Shown: piece by piece, positions 47,203-57,338 of the stretch | How positions within the stretch are numbered: position 1 is the stretch's first letter | Layout: each line of letters begins with the position of its first letter | Origin: Candidatus Nanopelagicales bacterium | GTDB taxonomy: Bacteria; Actinomycetota; Actinomycetes; S36-B12; UBA5976 | Length of the DNA stretch: 64,000 nucleotides | Reading direction: 5' to 3' | NCBI GenBank assembly: GCA_030834185.1 | Contig: JAURFT010000003.1 | Location: 1,848 to 65,847 of the forward strand | Program-made: the position numbers and the translations under genes | Notes under the pieces: generated by a model | What the model was told of the DNA's origin: nothing | Seen by the model: the letters and a program-made list of their open reading frames with translations, nothing else | The model's database searches: none

Positions 47203-48233
47203 AAACTAGGGCCAATTGGCTCTTGAAAATCTGATAACGCAACTAAATAACCTTCTTCATCCACGCCTAGCGGTAGCTGTGGTAGTCGGCGAGCTGCCGG
47301 GCCAAAAACCACATTTCCCGAATCTGCCAAGTCAAAGGTGGACTGATGACATGGACATAGCAAATGATGGGTGCGATGTTCATAAAGCGCAATCGGACAA
47401 CCCACATGGGTGCAGATTTTGGAGTAGGCGATGATGCCTTGATAGTCCCAACCTTCACCTTGCGAGGTACGCAGTTGCTCTGGGGTCATGCGAACAACCA
47501 AGATTGAGGTTTTAGCTCGGGCATTTAGGTTGTGATTCTCCTCTTCCCAGGCATGCAGGTTCTCTGGATGGGCAGAAACTAAGGATCCAACTGAAAAATC
47601 TTCTGGACGTAGATATCGACCAGTTGGGTCAGTTACTAATCGCATGCCTTTAGTCCATAAAGTTTCACGCAGCTCATTTTTTGGCATTGGTCCAAAATCC
47701 AGCGCCAAAATAACCGCTGGAAGTGGCAACACTGCAAGTGCGGTGAGTAATGAACGACGAACAATTTTGCGAGTTGCAAATCCTGATTCAATTCCACCTT
47801 CGCGAATCTCTTGCATTACAGATTCACGAATTTGATTGCTAGATGCGTAGGAGTGGCGAGACTGAATTACTTCATCATCTGGCATCAGTTTACGCGCCCA
47901 ATGAATAGCACCAGTTCCGATCAGGAAAATTGCCAAACCTAAAGTCACACCCAAGGCCAAGTTTGATGCCTGTGTTACTCCAGCTCCTGGAACTCTGATG
48001 AATTTATCAACTGGAATTGCAAAAAAAGTAATTGTTGCTAACACCGTGAACACAGCTGAGAGTAAAAACATAATTGAAACTTGACGCTCTGCTCTGCCAG
48101 CAGCAATTGGATCCACATCTGCACGTCGCAGAACGTGCAGCGGCAGTTGGCTGTTTGGTAAACGAACCTCTGAACTTGTTTGCGTTACCGGTACTACCTG
48201 ATTATCAGTTTCATTATGCTCGTTGCTGCTCAC
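47190..48233 (-). CDS. qcrA: Cytochrome bc1 complex Rieske iron-sulfur subunit
   Basis: Rieske motifs CTHVGC and CPCHQS, with N-terminal TM helices. Confidence 0.95.
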   Translation of the reverse strand: MSSNEHNETDNQVVPVTQTSSEVRLPNSQLPLHVLRRADVDPIAAGRAERQVSIMFLLSAVFTVLATITFFAIPVDKFIRVPGAGVTQASNLALGVTLGLAIFLIGTGAIHWARKLMPDDEVIQSRHSYASSNQIRESVMQEIREGGIESGFATRKIVRRSLLTALAVLPLPAVILALDFGPMPKNELRETLWTKGMRLVTDPTGRYLRPEDFSVGSLVSAHPENLHAWEEENHNLNARAKTSILVVRMTPEQLRTSQGEGWDYQGIIAYSKICTHVGCPIALYEHRTHHLLCPCHQSTFDLADSGNVVFGPAARRLPQLPLGVDEEGYLVALSDFQEPIGPSFWER

Positions 48234-49057
48234 TTGGCCTTAACTCCAATCCAGATTGCCACCATTAATAATGCCCCAATGCCAACTGTCCAAAGAAAGA
48301 GCCCTTCAGTAACTGGACCATATCTACCAAGTTCAAGTCCGCCTGGATTTGGAGAATCCTTTAAGTATTCGATGTACTTCAATATCGCTTGCTTTTCTTC
48401 CACGTTCAAAGTTTGATCATTAAATATTGGCATTGCCTGCGGGCCGGTGATCATCGCTTCGTAAATTTGTTCAGGAGTTGCCAGCATCAGCGTTGGGGCG
48501 TATTTGCCTTCGGTGAGCGCACCGCCTCTGCCTGAGAATGAATGACACTGGGCACAGTTGGCTCGAAAAAGCTCGCCACCTTCAGCTAAATCTGCGCCAG
48601 CCCAATTTAGTTGAGCAGCAGTTGGAATCGCTGGACCAGGACTTAGCGAAGCTACATACGCAGCTAGCTGCAGCGTCTGCTCTTCGGTGTACTGCGGCTT
48701 ATTTCGCATAACTTGAGCGCCTGGGGCTGCCATTGGCATTCGACCTGTTGCAACTTGAAAATGCACAGAAGCCGCACCAACTCCAATCAATGTTGGACCA
48801 TCTGAAGCGCCTTGCGCATTTAAACCGTGGCAGGTTGCGCAACCAGTTGCAAATAATCGCTTGCCAGCATCAATGCTGGCTGGATCATTAAGAATTGCTG
48901 CTGCTGAAACAGAATCCTTGGCGACTTTATTTGCAGCAGTTGCTCCAATTGAATAAAGACCACCGGTGATGATCAATCCAACTAGCATCAGCACAAATAA
49001 AACTGCTGGGTGCTTACGGTATTTACTAATTCCTACCGTGCCCATTGCTTTAGCCAC
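48230..49057 (-). CDS. qcrC: Cytochrome bc1 complex diheme cytochrome c subunit
   Basis: Two CxxCH sites (CATCHG, CAQCHS) and a C-terminal TM anchor. Confidence 0.95.
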   Translation of the reverse strand: MAKAMGTVGISKYRKHPAVLFVLMLVGLIITGGLYSIGATAANKVAKDSVSAAAILNDPASIDAGKRLFATGCATCHGLNAQGASDGPTLIGVGAASVHFQVATGRMPMAAPGAQVMRNKPQYTEEQTLQLAAYVASLSPGPAIPTAAQLNWAGADLAEGGELFRANCAQCHSFSGRGGALTEGKYAPTLMLATPEQIYEAMITGPQAMPIFNDQTLNVEEKQAILKYIEYLKDSPNPGGLELGRYGPVTEGLFLWTVGIGALLMVAIWIGVKAK

Positions 49058-49072
49058 TTGATCCTCTCTTAA

Positions 49073-49666
49073 TTACTTTAATAAATAAATTGCAGCAAAT
49101 AGCGCGATCCAAACAACGTCAACAAAGTGCCAGTAATACGAAACAACTACAGCAGATGTAACTTGGCCATGCGTAAATCTTCTAGTTTGATAACTGCGTA
49201 GTAACACATAAAGGAAAGCAATCAAGCCACCAGTTACATGCAGCGCGTGAAATCCTGTCGTGACATAAAACATTGAGCCATATGGATCGGTAGACATTAG
49301 CAATCCATATTGAACTAATTCAGCATATTCGTAAACCTGACCTGAGACAAAATATGCACCCATGAAAAAAGTAATTACAGTCCAGCGTCTAAATAACTTT
49401 ACGTCGCCGCGCTCTGCCGCAAATACGCCTAACTGAGCTGTAACAGAGGAGAGCACCAAGATTGTGGTGTTGAACGCTGCAAAAGGAACATTCAATAATT
49501 CAGTGCGCTCTGCCCATAGTTCAGGGCTAACTGACCTTGCGGTAAAAAACATCGCAAATAGGCCAGCAAAAAACATCAACTCGCTCGCTAGCCAAACCAC
49601 AGTTCCAACAGCAGTTTTTGAGGGACGGGCTGGATGAGGCGTAGGAGTTGGGGTCAGAGTTTCCAT
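49073..49666 (-). CDS. ctaE: Cytochrome c oxidase subunit III
   Basis: 197 aa, 5 TM helices, motifs FHALHVTGG and YWHFVDVVW. Confidence 0.95.
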   Translation of the reverse strand: METLTPTPTPHPARPSKTAVGTVVWLASELMFFAGLFAMFFTARSVSPELWAERTELLNVPFAAFNTTILVLSSVTAQLGVFAAERGDVKLFRRWTVITFFMGAYFVSGQVYEYAELVQYGLLMSTDPYGSMFYVTTGFHALHVTGGLIAFLYVLLRSYQTRRFTHGQVTSAVVVSYYWHFVDVVWIALFAAIYLLK

Positions 49667-49727
49667 GGGGGTATCTTGCCATTAAATCAGCTTTGTGAGG
49701 TGAATGGTCTACCCGAAATGGCTTGGA

Positions 49728-49745
49728 TTGTTAGCAATCTAACAA
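49728..49745. promoter_or_regulatory. Inverted repeat in the ctaE / receiver-trpD divergent region (candidate operator)
   Basis: TTGTTAG-caat-CTAACAA, a perfect 7-bp inverted repeat, 62 nt upstream of ctaE and 71 nt upstream of the receiver-like gene. Confidence 0.25.
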
Positions 49746-49815
49746 AGCCCGATAGGCTCAACCTGCTCAATAAACTCATTTAACAGCCATAATTGCGTCT
49801 AGAAAGGCCTACCTG

Positions 49816-50226
49816 ATGCAAGAAGCCACGAAAACACTGGAAATCTTGGTTTACAGCCACGATTCAGCTTTCCGCCGAGATATCAGCGCAGCGCTTGGAA
49901 AGCGACCTGCTGCTGATCTCGATGAGGTCTCAATTCAAGATGTGGCAACTGCGCCAATGTTCTGGCAGCGACTCGAAAAGCAAAAATATGACCTCGTGAT
50001 AGTTGACGCTGACGCAAACCCAGCTGGTGGCTTAGGTCTTGCTAGGCAAGCCAAAGATGAAATTTTTAACTGCCCACCATTTTTGGCCGTAATTGCCCGC
50101 GCGCAAGATGCATGGTTGGCCACGTGGTCTAAAGCTGAAGCTGTAGTGCCCAAGCCACTTGATCCATTTGTGCTCGCTGAAACTGCAGCGACGCTGCTTC
50201 GACACAGAACATCGATCTCCCAATAA
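49816..50226 (+). CDS. Stand-alone receiver-domain-like protein (atypical acidic pocket)
   Basis: 136 aa. The beta3 strand DLVIVDAD and the beta5 PKP are present, but beta1 ends in SHD instead of DD and beta4 lacks Thr/Ser (LAVIAR). Confidence 0.5.
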   Translation: MQEATKTLEILVYSHDSAFRRDISAALGKRPAADLDEVSIQDVATAPMFWQRLEKQKYDLVIVDADANPAGGLGLARQAKDEIFNCPPFLAVIARAQDAWLATWSKAEAVVPKPLDPFVLAETAATLLRHRTSISQ

Positions 50227-50229
50227 ATA

Positions 50230-51285
50230 ATGCTTTTTCCTGAAATTTCAAAGCTAGTTGCTAATCGCATTGACCTTGACTTTCAAACCAGTAAATCCCT
50301 AATGGGTTTAATTATGGATAATCAACTCAGCGATGAGCAGATTAAAGAAATAATTTTAGGGTTAAAAACTAAAGGTGAAGCGGCAGCTGAGGTCACAGGT
50401 TTTGTGGCAGCAATGTTGGAACGCAGTTCGCTAATTGAGGTACCAGAAGTTTGTTTGGACATTGTTGGCACAGGTGGAGATCAATCGGGCTCAGTGAACA
50501 TCTCGACAACTGCTGCCTTAGTTGCAGCAGCAACTGGGATAAAAGTTATAAAGCATGGCAATCGAGCCGCAAGCAGCAAATCTGGTTCAGCAGATGTGCT
50601 CGAAGCTCTTGGAATTTATCTGAATATGAATGATATTCAGATAAAAGAATGTGCAGATGAAGTTGGTATTGCATTTTGTTTTGCGCCTCAATTTCATCCA
50701 GCTATGAAAAATGTTGCTGCAGTTCGAAAAGAAATTGGGCTACCAACAATTTTCAATATCTTAGGTCCGCTGGCAAACCCAGCCCAGCCGACCTCGATGG
50801 TAGTTGGCGTGGCTGATGCAGCTCGTGCCGAGTTAATGGCGAAAGTGCTAAGTGAACGAGGCTGTGTTGGGTTTATGGTTCATGGCGATGATGGATTAGA
50901 TGAAATTACAATCACTACAACTTCAACTATCTGGCAGTTTGGAAAAAATATATTTGAGAAACAAGTTTTTGTTCCAACTGAATTTGATATACCTTTTGCA
51001 AAAAGCGAATTACTTAACGGTGGCGATGCTCTGGAAAATGCCGAAAAACTCATTGCTGCTTTAGACCCCACCCAACTAAATCCCACAGTTGTGGCAATTC
51101 GAAATGCTGTGATTTTAAACGCAGCTGCTGGCATTTTGGCACACCAAATTAAAGTTTTGGCAGCTTCACGATTAGTTACCAATGCCCAATGGCAAGAGGC
51201 AATTACAGCGGCTGCAGCTGTCATCAATAGCGGTGCTGCTTTAGAAAAATTAAGGAATTGGCAGAAATTCTGCGCTGTCAGCTAG
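50230..51285 (+). CDS. trpD: Anthranilate phosphoribosyltransferase
   Basis: Motifs DIVGTGGD, KHGNRA(A)SS and SGSADVLEALG. Confidence 0.93.
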   Translation: MLFPEISKLVANRIDLDFQTSKSLMGLIMDNQLSDEQIKEIILGLKTKGEAAAEVTGFVAAMLERSSLIEVPEVCLDIVGTGGDQSGSVNISTTAALVAAATGIKVIKHGNRAASSKSGSADVLEALGIYLNMNDIQIKECADEVGIAFCFAPQFHPAMKNVAAVRKEIGLPTIFNILGPLANPAQPTSMVVGVADAARAELMAKVLSERGCVGFMVHGDDGLDEITITTTSTIWQFGKNIFEKQVFVPTEFDIPFAKSELLNGGDALENAEKLIAALDPTQLNPTVVAIRNAVILNAAAGILAHQIKVLAASRLVTNAQWQEAITAAAAVINSGAALEKLRNWQKFCAVS

Positions 51286-52899
51286 CGCTGCTGCTAAATC
51301 TGGCAAGCTCATTAACAGTTCAGCTTCACCAATTGCCGCTGGCGCATCATCAAAGTTCGCCAGTGATTTAGCTGGAAGAATTCCGCGTGCTTCAACCAGC
51401 TCTGCAGTCGTCAGCATTGCATTAATTACCTCAGGTAGCCTGCTATCATCTGCTGCAGCTGCAGTGGCAACAAGGCGTCCGTATTTAATGACATGAATCT
51501 CAACTCCAGTTTGAGTTTTGTTCTGAGAGACAAATAGATCTAGCTTCACTATTTTACGTAGCTTTGAAATTCTATTTGCAGCCCGATCAAGACCAATCCA
51601 GGCCCGTTTAAGTTTTTCAGCATCTTCAAATCTTTCACTTGCCGATAGTTGTTGCAGCTTCTCCCTTATGGCTTGATCGATATTTGCTGTATTTCCATTC
51701 ATAACTAATTCAACTTCTTTGACTAAACCTAAATAGTCATTTAGATCAGCTGATTGGCATGGCATCACACAATGATTCATCTCACCTCGAATGCAACCAG
51801 GATGATTTGGCCTGGTGTTTAACTTGTCGATGCAAGTGCGTAATTGAAAATGATTATTTATAAAATCTTGCAACTCGCTGGCAATTGCCTTTTTATTAAA
51901 TGGGCCTAGCGCTGGCTGTTCTAACTCTGGTGGATTTTTTGAAACTATTAATCTTGGAACTACATCATTGGTGAAATATATCCACCAAATTTTCTCAGGG
52001 TTTCGAGCAACTTTGTTTGCAGGCGGTCGATGCTGTGCGATGAGCCGCAGTTCACGTACCCGAGCTTCGGTAGCAGTTGTACAAATCACAGTAGAAACAG
52101 ATGTAGTAATTGCTACTACATTTCGAACATGATTGCGCTGTTCGCTTTTAGTAAAGTAACTTCTTACTCGTTTTTTTAAATCCTGACTCACTCCGACATA
52201 TAAAACTGTCCCTTGCGCATCCTTAAGCAAATAGCATCCTGGAAGATTAGGGAGTTGATCGGCAAGTTTTGATTTCGCGCGCACCTGTTCAGAAATTTTT
52301 GGCGAAACTTCTTGAAGCTCATCTAAGTCATGCACACCAAGTCTGCCCAGGCGTTCAAGCAGGGCATGAAATACCTCAACTGTTGCCCGAGCATCAGCGA
52401 GAGCCCGGTGATTTGGTTGCACTGTGGTGCCAAATTGCTGAGCTAGCGTGGCCAATTTGCGATTTCTTACTTCATCGCGGCCCAGTGCTACTTTTGCCAG
52501 CTGCACTGTGTCTAAGGCTTTTGGTAGATCCCAAGAGTAGCCATGGCGAATCGCAGCGCATCTGAGAAATCCAATATCAAATCGAGCGTTATGTGCAACG
52601 GGTATTGCACCAGCCATGAACTCAAAAAAACTAGGTAGCACCTGGTCTATCCGGGGAGCTGTTGTAGTCATGCTGGTTGATATCCCAGTTAGGATCTCAA
52701 TATTTATTGGAATTGCAACACCTGGATTCACCAAGGTTTGAAACTCACCTAATATTTCGCCACCTTTGACTTTAACAATGCCAATTTCAGTGATTGCATT
52801 CAAATCTGGGCTGCCACCTGTTGTTTCAATATCCAAAATAGCAAAAGTCACTTCATGCAGCGGCATGGCGAGCTCATCGAATGAAATTTGTTGTTGCAC
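51250..52899 (-). CDS. DEDD (DnaQ-like) exonuclease fused to a GIY-YIG (UvrC/Cho-like) nuclease domain
   Basis: Exo I motif ILDIETTG and HNARFD, then HRALADA. The GIY-YIG region is GCYLLKD...VLYVGVS. Rv2191-like position beside trpD. Confidence 0.8.
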   Translation of the reverse strand: MQQQISFDELAMPLHEVTFAILDIETTGGSPDLNAITEIGIVKVKGGEILGEFQTLVNPGVAIPINIEILTGISTSMTTTAPRIDQVLPSFFEFMAGAIPVAHNARFDIGFLRCAAIRHGYSWDLPKALDTVQLAKVALGRDEVRNRKLATLAQQFGTTVQPNHRALADARATVEVFHALLERLGRLGVHDLDELQEVSPKISEQVRAKSKLADQLPNLPGCYLLKDAQGTVLYVGVSQDLKKRVRSYFTKSEQRNHVRNVVAITTSVSTVICTTATEARVRELRLIAQHRPPANKVARNPEKIWWIYFTNDVVPRLIVSKNPPELEQPALGPFNKKAIASELQDFINNHFQLRTCIDKLNTRPNHPGCIRGEMNHCVMPCQSADLNDYLGLVKEVELVMNGNTANIDQAIREKLQQLSASERFEDAEKLKRAWIGLDRAANRISKLRKIVKLDLFVSQNKTQTGVEIHVIKYGRLVATAAAADDSRLPEVINAMLTTAELVEARGILPAKSLANFDDAPAAIGEAELLMSLPDLAAALADSAEFLPIP

Positions 52900-52948
52900 T
52901 CACTAAACCTAATGCCACATCCGGACAAATGTTGGGTATCCTGCCGCC

Positions 52949-53188
52949 ATGACAATTCCAAATATCCCAGATGCACAATCAAGATGGCGCTGTACTAGAT
53001 GCGGAAATCTGACCAGATTTGATGTAATACGTGAGCAGCGGGCAAATGAATTCTGGCATTTTGACTTGGCTGGAAATCATATTGTTGAAGATCAAGAGCT
53101 AGTTATTGATGAACTTAAAGATGTAAGGTGTAGGTGGTGCGGTGCTGGAGCAGCAGTTGAGCTGATTGCTCGAATCGATGAGGAATAG
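52949..53188 (+). CDS. Small zinc-ribbon-like protein
   Basis: 79 aa with CTRCG and CRWCG pairs about 50 residues apart. Confidence 0.5.
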   Translation: MTIPNIPDAQSRWRCTRCGNLTRFDVIREQRANEFWHFDLAGNHIVEDQELVIDELKDVRCRWCGAGAAVELIARIDEE

Positions 53189-53190
53189 CG

Positions 53191-54192
53191 TTGGAGCTAA
53201 ATCGAGTTGCGGTAATGGGAACTGGCTCTTGGGGAACGGTTTTTGCAAAATTATTAGATGAGAATCTAATTCCTGTTAATTTATGGGGTTCAAATCCAGA
53301 GCTACTAGTTGAAATAGCAGCTTCTAGAACTAATCCAAAATATCATCCTGAATTAAAGTTTTCCAAAATGCTAAATGTTGCAAGCAATCCAAAAATCGCG
53401 CTGCAAGACGCCCCGTTAGTTGTGCTGGCCATGCCAGCGCAGCGGTTACGTGTAAATTTAAATGAATGGGCAGCTGATATTGGACCAGATGCAGTTGTAG
53501 TTAGTTTGATTAAAGGCTTAGAACATGATTCAGGAAAACGAGTAAGTGAGGTTGTAGCAGAATTTATCCCGAATAAATTCGCAGTAATTAGTGGCCCTAA
53601 TCTTGCATCTGAAATAGCAGCAGGACAATTTGCTGCGGCCACTGTTGCCTCAGCTGATAGCGAAACCGCATTATTAGTTCAACAGCTCTGCTCTAGCGAA
53701 AAATATAAATTATTTCGAACAAATGATGTTACAGGTGTGGAAGTAGCAGGAACTACAAAAAATATTATTGCGCTTGCAACTGGAATTATTATTGGTCTTG
53801 GATTAGGCGAAAATTCGCAAGCTGCAATCATGACGCGGGGATTGGCCGAGATGGTACGCATTGGAGTGGCTGCAGGCGGTCATCATGAGACATTTTTAGG
53901 CCTAGCTGGCATTGGCGATTTGATTGCGACAAGTCAATCAGCCTTTTCACGAAATCGCAGTTTTGGTGTTTTGGTGGGAGAGGGCAAAAGTATTTCAACA
54001 GCAATGAGCTTAATTGGCCAAACTGTAGAAGCAATGAAATCAACCGAACCTATTTTACAAATAGCAGAAAAGCATCATATTTCAGTTCCAATCATTAGCC
54101 ATGTAGCTAATATTCTTAATGGCAAGTATCCAGCTTCTAGCATGTTAGAAGTATTTCAAAATGATAGTCATGAAATAGAGCAAACTATTTAA
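53191..54192 (+). CDS. gpsA: NAD(P)H-dependent glycerol-3-phosphate dehydrogenase
   Basis: TTG start. Motifs VMGTGSWGT (Rossmann), KGLE and NIIALATGI. Confidence 0.92.
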   Translation: MELNRVAVMGTGSWGTVFAKLLDENLIPVNLWGSNPELLVEIAASRTNPKYHPELKFSKMLNVASNPKIALQDAPLVVLAMPAQRLRVNLNEWAADIGPDAVVVSLIKGLEHDSGKRVSEVVAEFIPNKFAVISGPNLASEIAAGQFAAATVASADSETALLVQQLCSSEKYKLFRTNDVTGVEVAGTTKNIIALATGIIIGLGLGENSQAAIMTRGLAEMVRIGVAAGGHHETFLGLAGIGDLIATSQSAFSRNRSFGVLVGEGKSISTAMSLIGQTVEAMKSTEPILQIAEKHHISVPIISHVANILNGKYPASSMLEVFQNDSHEIEQTI

Positions 54193-55720
54193 TCAATTTT
54201 AAAAGTTCCTGCAAGTGTAAATTTTGTGCTAATTCAGCTTCGCTTCGCAGCAGCGCTAGCGGAGTTCTACGTCTTAATAAATCATCAGAATTAACCACAT
54301 GTTCTGTTTTAATAATGTGCTTAAGCTCGCCAACTGTGAAATATAAGCCCTCGAAAATCAACTTACTATTTAGCGGATCATCATTAAAAGATCTGGCAAT
54401 CTGAAAAGCAGTAGCTCCATGCCTTCGCCAAAGTTGTATTCCCAATTCCGCAGCATCACTGTGGAAATTAGCTAGCTGGGTTATCAATTCATTAGGTATA
54501 TCTGGATCTGATTCTCCGACCCAGTTTAAATTCTTTGTTGGTTGAATTCCAAGCTTGATGACCAACTCAGTTACTTCATGGCCAACATTTATGCAATCTG
54601 TAAGTTTGCCACCAAAGATTGAGATTGAGTTTAATTCCTTATTCAGTTCTACTTCATGCTTGCGTGAAAGCGAAACCCAATCAACTTTTTCTAGATTTGC
54701 AGATTTGTTCACAACTAGCGGGCGTACCCCACATCGTTCAGCAATGATGTCAGCTCTAACTAAATCTCGATCTAGATTTAAACAGCGGTTAGCTTGTGCT
54801 AGCAGGAAATCTCTATCTTCATCAGTGACTGTTACGCCTGCAGATTGAGCTGGAGTATCAGTTGTGCCGATAACGGTTCGATCGTGCATGGGTAGAACAT
54901 AAAAAAGCCGTCCGGCATCATCAAAGAATGCAAGTACTTTGTTATTGGTTTCAATGTGAGGAACTATTAAATGCACCCCTTTAGAAATTACAATTTCGTG
55001 ACCAGTTGGTATTTCAAATTGATCAGTTAATATTTTTGCATATGGACCTGCAGCATTGATCAAAACTTTAGCTTTAAAAGTTACTTCAGCTCCGCTTATC
55101 TTGTCTAACGCGGTTAGATCCCAGCCATTAGTTCTTGGGGTTGCTTTAATAATTTCAAAATAATTTAGCACTTTGGCATTGTGTGAACCTGCAGTTTTTA
55201 TGAACTCATAAACAAACCGCGCATCATTATCCAATAAAATAGCATCGCTGTATTGAATTGCGCCCTTAGTTGATGCTAGCCGTATGAATCTATTTATTTT
55301 AGAAATCCCAGAATTACTAAAAATTTTTGGACCTTGAGTTTTTAATCGTCCAAAAAACCAATACAAAGTTGACCCCAAAAATCCAAGCACTCGATTAAAA
55401 GGAGATGTTGGGCCAATTACTGCAAAGAAGGGAATTTGTTTGACGCGATTAGGATATTTTGCAAGTAACTCATTACGAGACCGGCACAATGACCAAACCA
55501 GGCGGAATTCATAATCTTGCAAGTATTTAATGCCGCCCCAAATCATGTTTGATGATTCTTGGCTTGTCATGCTGGCAAAATCATTGGCTTCAGCTAGGAC
55601 GACATTGATGCCCCGAGCCGAAAGTGCAGCAACTGCAACGGCGCCATTAATTCCACCACCGATCACAACGGCATCGATTTCTTCGACTAATGCCGCTAAG
55701 GTTTGGTCTCGGTTAAGCAT
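54185..55720 (-). CDS. glpD: FAD-dependent glycerol-3-phosphate dehydrogenase
   Basis: N-terminal FAD fold VVIGGGINGAVAVAALSARG, 511 aa. Divergent from glpK. Confidence 0.85.
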   Translation of the reverse strand: MLNRDQTLAALVEEIDAVVIGGGINGAVAVAALSARGINVVLAEANDFASMTSQESSNMIWGGIKYLQDYEFRLVWSLCRSRNELLAKYPNRVKQIPFFAVIGPTSPFNRVLGFLGSTLYWFFGRLKTQGPKIFSNSGISKINRFIRLASTKGAIQYSDAILLDNDARFVYEFIKTAGSHNAKVLNYFEIIKATPRTNGWDLTALDKISGAEVTFKAKVLINAAGPYAKILTDQFEIPTGHEIVISKGVHLIVPHIETNNKVLAFFDDAGRLFYVLPMHDRTVIGTTDTPAQSAGVTVTDEDRDFLLAQANRCLNLDRDLVRADIIAERCGVRPLVVNKSANLEKVDWVSLSRKHEVELNKELNSISIFGGKLTDCINVGHEVTELVIKLGIQPTKNLNWVGESDPDIPNELITQLANFHSDAAELGIQLWRRHGATAFQIARSFNDDPLNSKLIFEGLYFTVGELKHIIKTEHVVNSDDLLRRRTPLALLRSEAELAQNLHLQELLKLIK

Positions 55721-55786
55721 GTGGCTAAGCCTAGATAGGTTTTAGTTTTCAGGCTTCGCTTTAAGTCACAGCTAACTGAGGCTTTG

Positions 55787-55830
55787 GTAACGCAGTAGTA
55801 ACGATATTGATAACAAGAAGGTAACAAGAA
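55787..55830 (+). promoter_or_regulatory. Array of four 11-12-nt-phased GTAAC-type direct repeats in the glpD-glpK control region
   Basis: GTAACgcagta GTAACgatattg ATAACaagaag GTAACaagaa. This includes a perfect TAACAAGAA x2 with an 11-nt period, ending 21 nt before the glpK ATG. Confidence 0.4.
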
Positions 55831-55850
55831 CTGTTAGATGGAGCGCGATT

Positions 55851-57338
55851 ATGGGCCTATTAGCTATTGATGCTGGCACTACCAGCGTTACAGCGCTGGT
55901 AATAGGAGATCGAGGCGAGGTTTTAGCTCGTGGCAATGCTGAATTCCCGCAGCATTTCCCGCAGCCTGGCTGGGTTGAGCATGATCCTGATGAAATCTGG
56001 CAAGCAACGCTCTCGGCAGTAGGCGCTGTGATAGCGGCGGTTGGGGCGGCGCAGATCTCGGCAATTGGAATCACTAATCAGCGTGAAACTGTGATGGTTT
56101 GGGATCGCGCAACGTTTAGCGGACCTCGACGCGGCATTGTTTGGCAGGACCGTAGATCTTCAGATTTAGTGGTAGAGCTGCGCAATACTGGTATCGAGCA
56201 ATTTGTTCGCGAAAAAACCGGACTTGGCCTAGATCCATATTTCTCTTCTACTAAATTTTTATGGCTGGCTAAAAATGATAAAGAGATATGGCAAGGTGTT
56301 CTCGCTGGAAAATTTGTAGTTGGTACAGTAGATACGTTTTTAATCTCGCGCATGACTAAAGGTGCGGTTCACGTAACTGATGCATCAAATGCATCTCGAA
56401 CTCAATTATTAAATCTCAAATCTGGCGACTGGGATAATGAGTTGTTAGAAATTTTCCAAGTGCCTCGAGATATTTTGCCTGAAGTTGTCTCGTCCTATGG
56501 CGTTGTTGGTAAAACTGATCCAGCTGAGTTTTTAGGTTTAACGCTGCCAATAGCAGGAATAGCAGGAGATCAACAAGCAGCACTATTTGGGCAAGTGGCA
56601 TTTGATATAGGCGATAGTAAATGTACATATGGAACTGGATCATTTATTTTGTACAACACAGGAGATGAACTAAAAATCTCAGATCGTGGGCTGCTTTCTA
56701 CCATTGCTTGGCAAGAACCATCTGGAAAGTTAACTTATGCTCTCGAGGGCGCAGTTTTTGTAACTGGAGCAGCAGTGCAATGGCTACGAGATGGACTTGG
56801 CATTATCAAAAGCGCAGCTGAGATTGAAGCGTTAGCGAGCAGGGTTGATTCAACTGATGGCGTAGTTTTTGTGCCAGCACTATCTGGCCTTGGCGCACCG
56901 TATTGGGATCCGTATGCTCGAGGATCAATTCAAGGCATTACTCGTGGCACTACTGCAGCTCATATTGCGCGCGCGACGCTGGAAGCAATTGCATTTCAGG
57001 TGCGAGATGTAGTTGAAGAAATGGTAAAAGATACGCAACGCCCGCTGGCTCAATTGCGTGTTGATGGTGGTGCGGCAGCTAATAATTTATTGATGCAGAT
57101 GCAAGCAGATATTCTAAAAGTTCCAGTAGTGCGAGGTATAACTTTGGAATCGACGGGGATTGGTGCAGCATTTTTAGCCGGTCTTGGCACTGGGGTTTGG
57201 GCAGATAAAGATGAGCTTCGAAGCAGCATTGGAATAGATCGTGAATTTACTCCAGCTGGCCGAGATGAATGGGAATATGTGAGATGGAAGCGCGCTGTGC
57301 AGCGATCCCAAAACTGGGTGGAACGAGGAAGTAATTGA
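55851..57338 (+). CDS. glpK: Glycerol kinase
   Basis: The N-terminus LAIDAGTTS, plus GITNQRET and FGQ motifs. 495 aa. Confidence 0.95.
   Translation: MGLLAIDAGTTSVTALVIGDRGEVLARGNAEFPQHFPQPGWVEHDPDEIWQATLSAVGAVIAAVGAAQISAIGITNQRETVMVWDRATFSGPRRGIVWQDRRSSDLVVELRNTGIEQFVREKTGLGLDPYFSSTKFLWLAKNDKEIWQGVLAGKFVVGTVDTFLISRMTKGAVHVTDASNASRTQLLNLKSGDWDNELLEIFQVPRDILPEVVSSYGVVGKTDPAEFLGLTLPIAGIAGDQQAALFGQVAFDIGDSKCTYGTGSFILYNTGDELKISDRGLLSTIAWQEPSGKLTYALEGAVFVTGAAVQWLRDGLGIIKSAAEIEALASRVDSTDGVVFVPALSGLGAPYWDPYARGSIQGITRGTTAAHIARATLEAIAFQVRDVVEEMVKDTQRPLAQLRVDGGAAANNLLMQMQADILKVPVVRGITLESTGIGAAFLAGLGTGVWADKDELRSSIGIDREFTPAGRDEWEYVRWKRAVQRSQNWVERGSN

Noticed and set aside
55772-56074. A 100-aa minus-strand ORF spanning the glpK start and the repeat-containing intergenic region
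   Set aside because: It overlaps the well-supported glpK N-terminus in antisense. It has a Cys/Ala/Ser-rich, low-complexity sequence and no SD.
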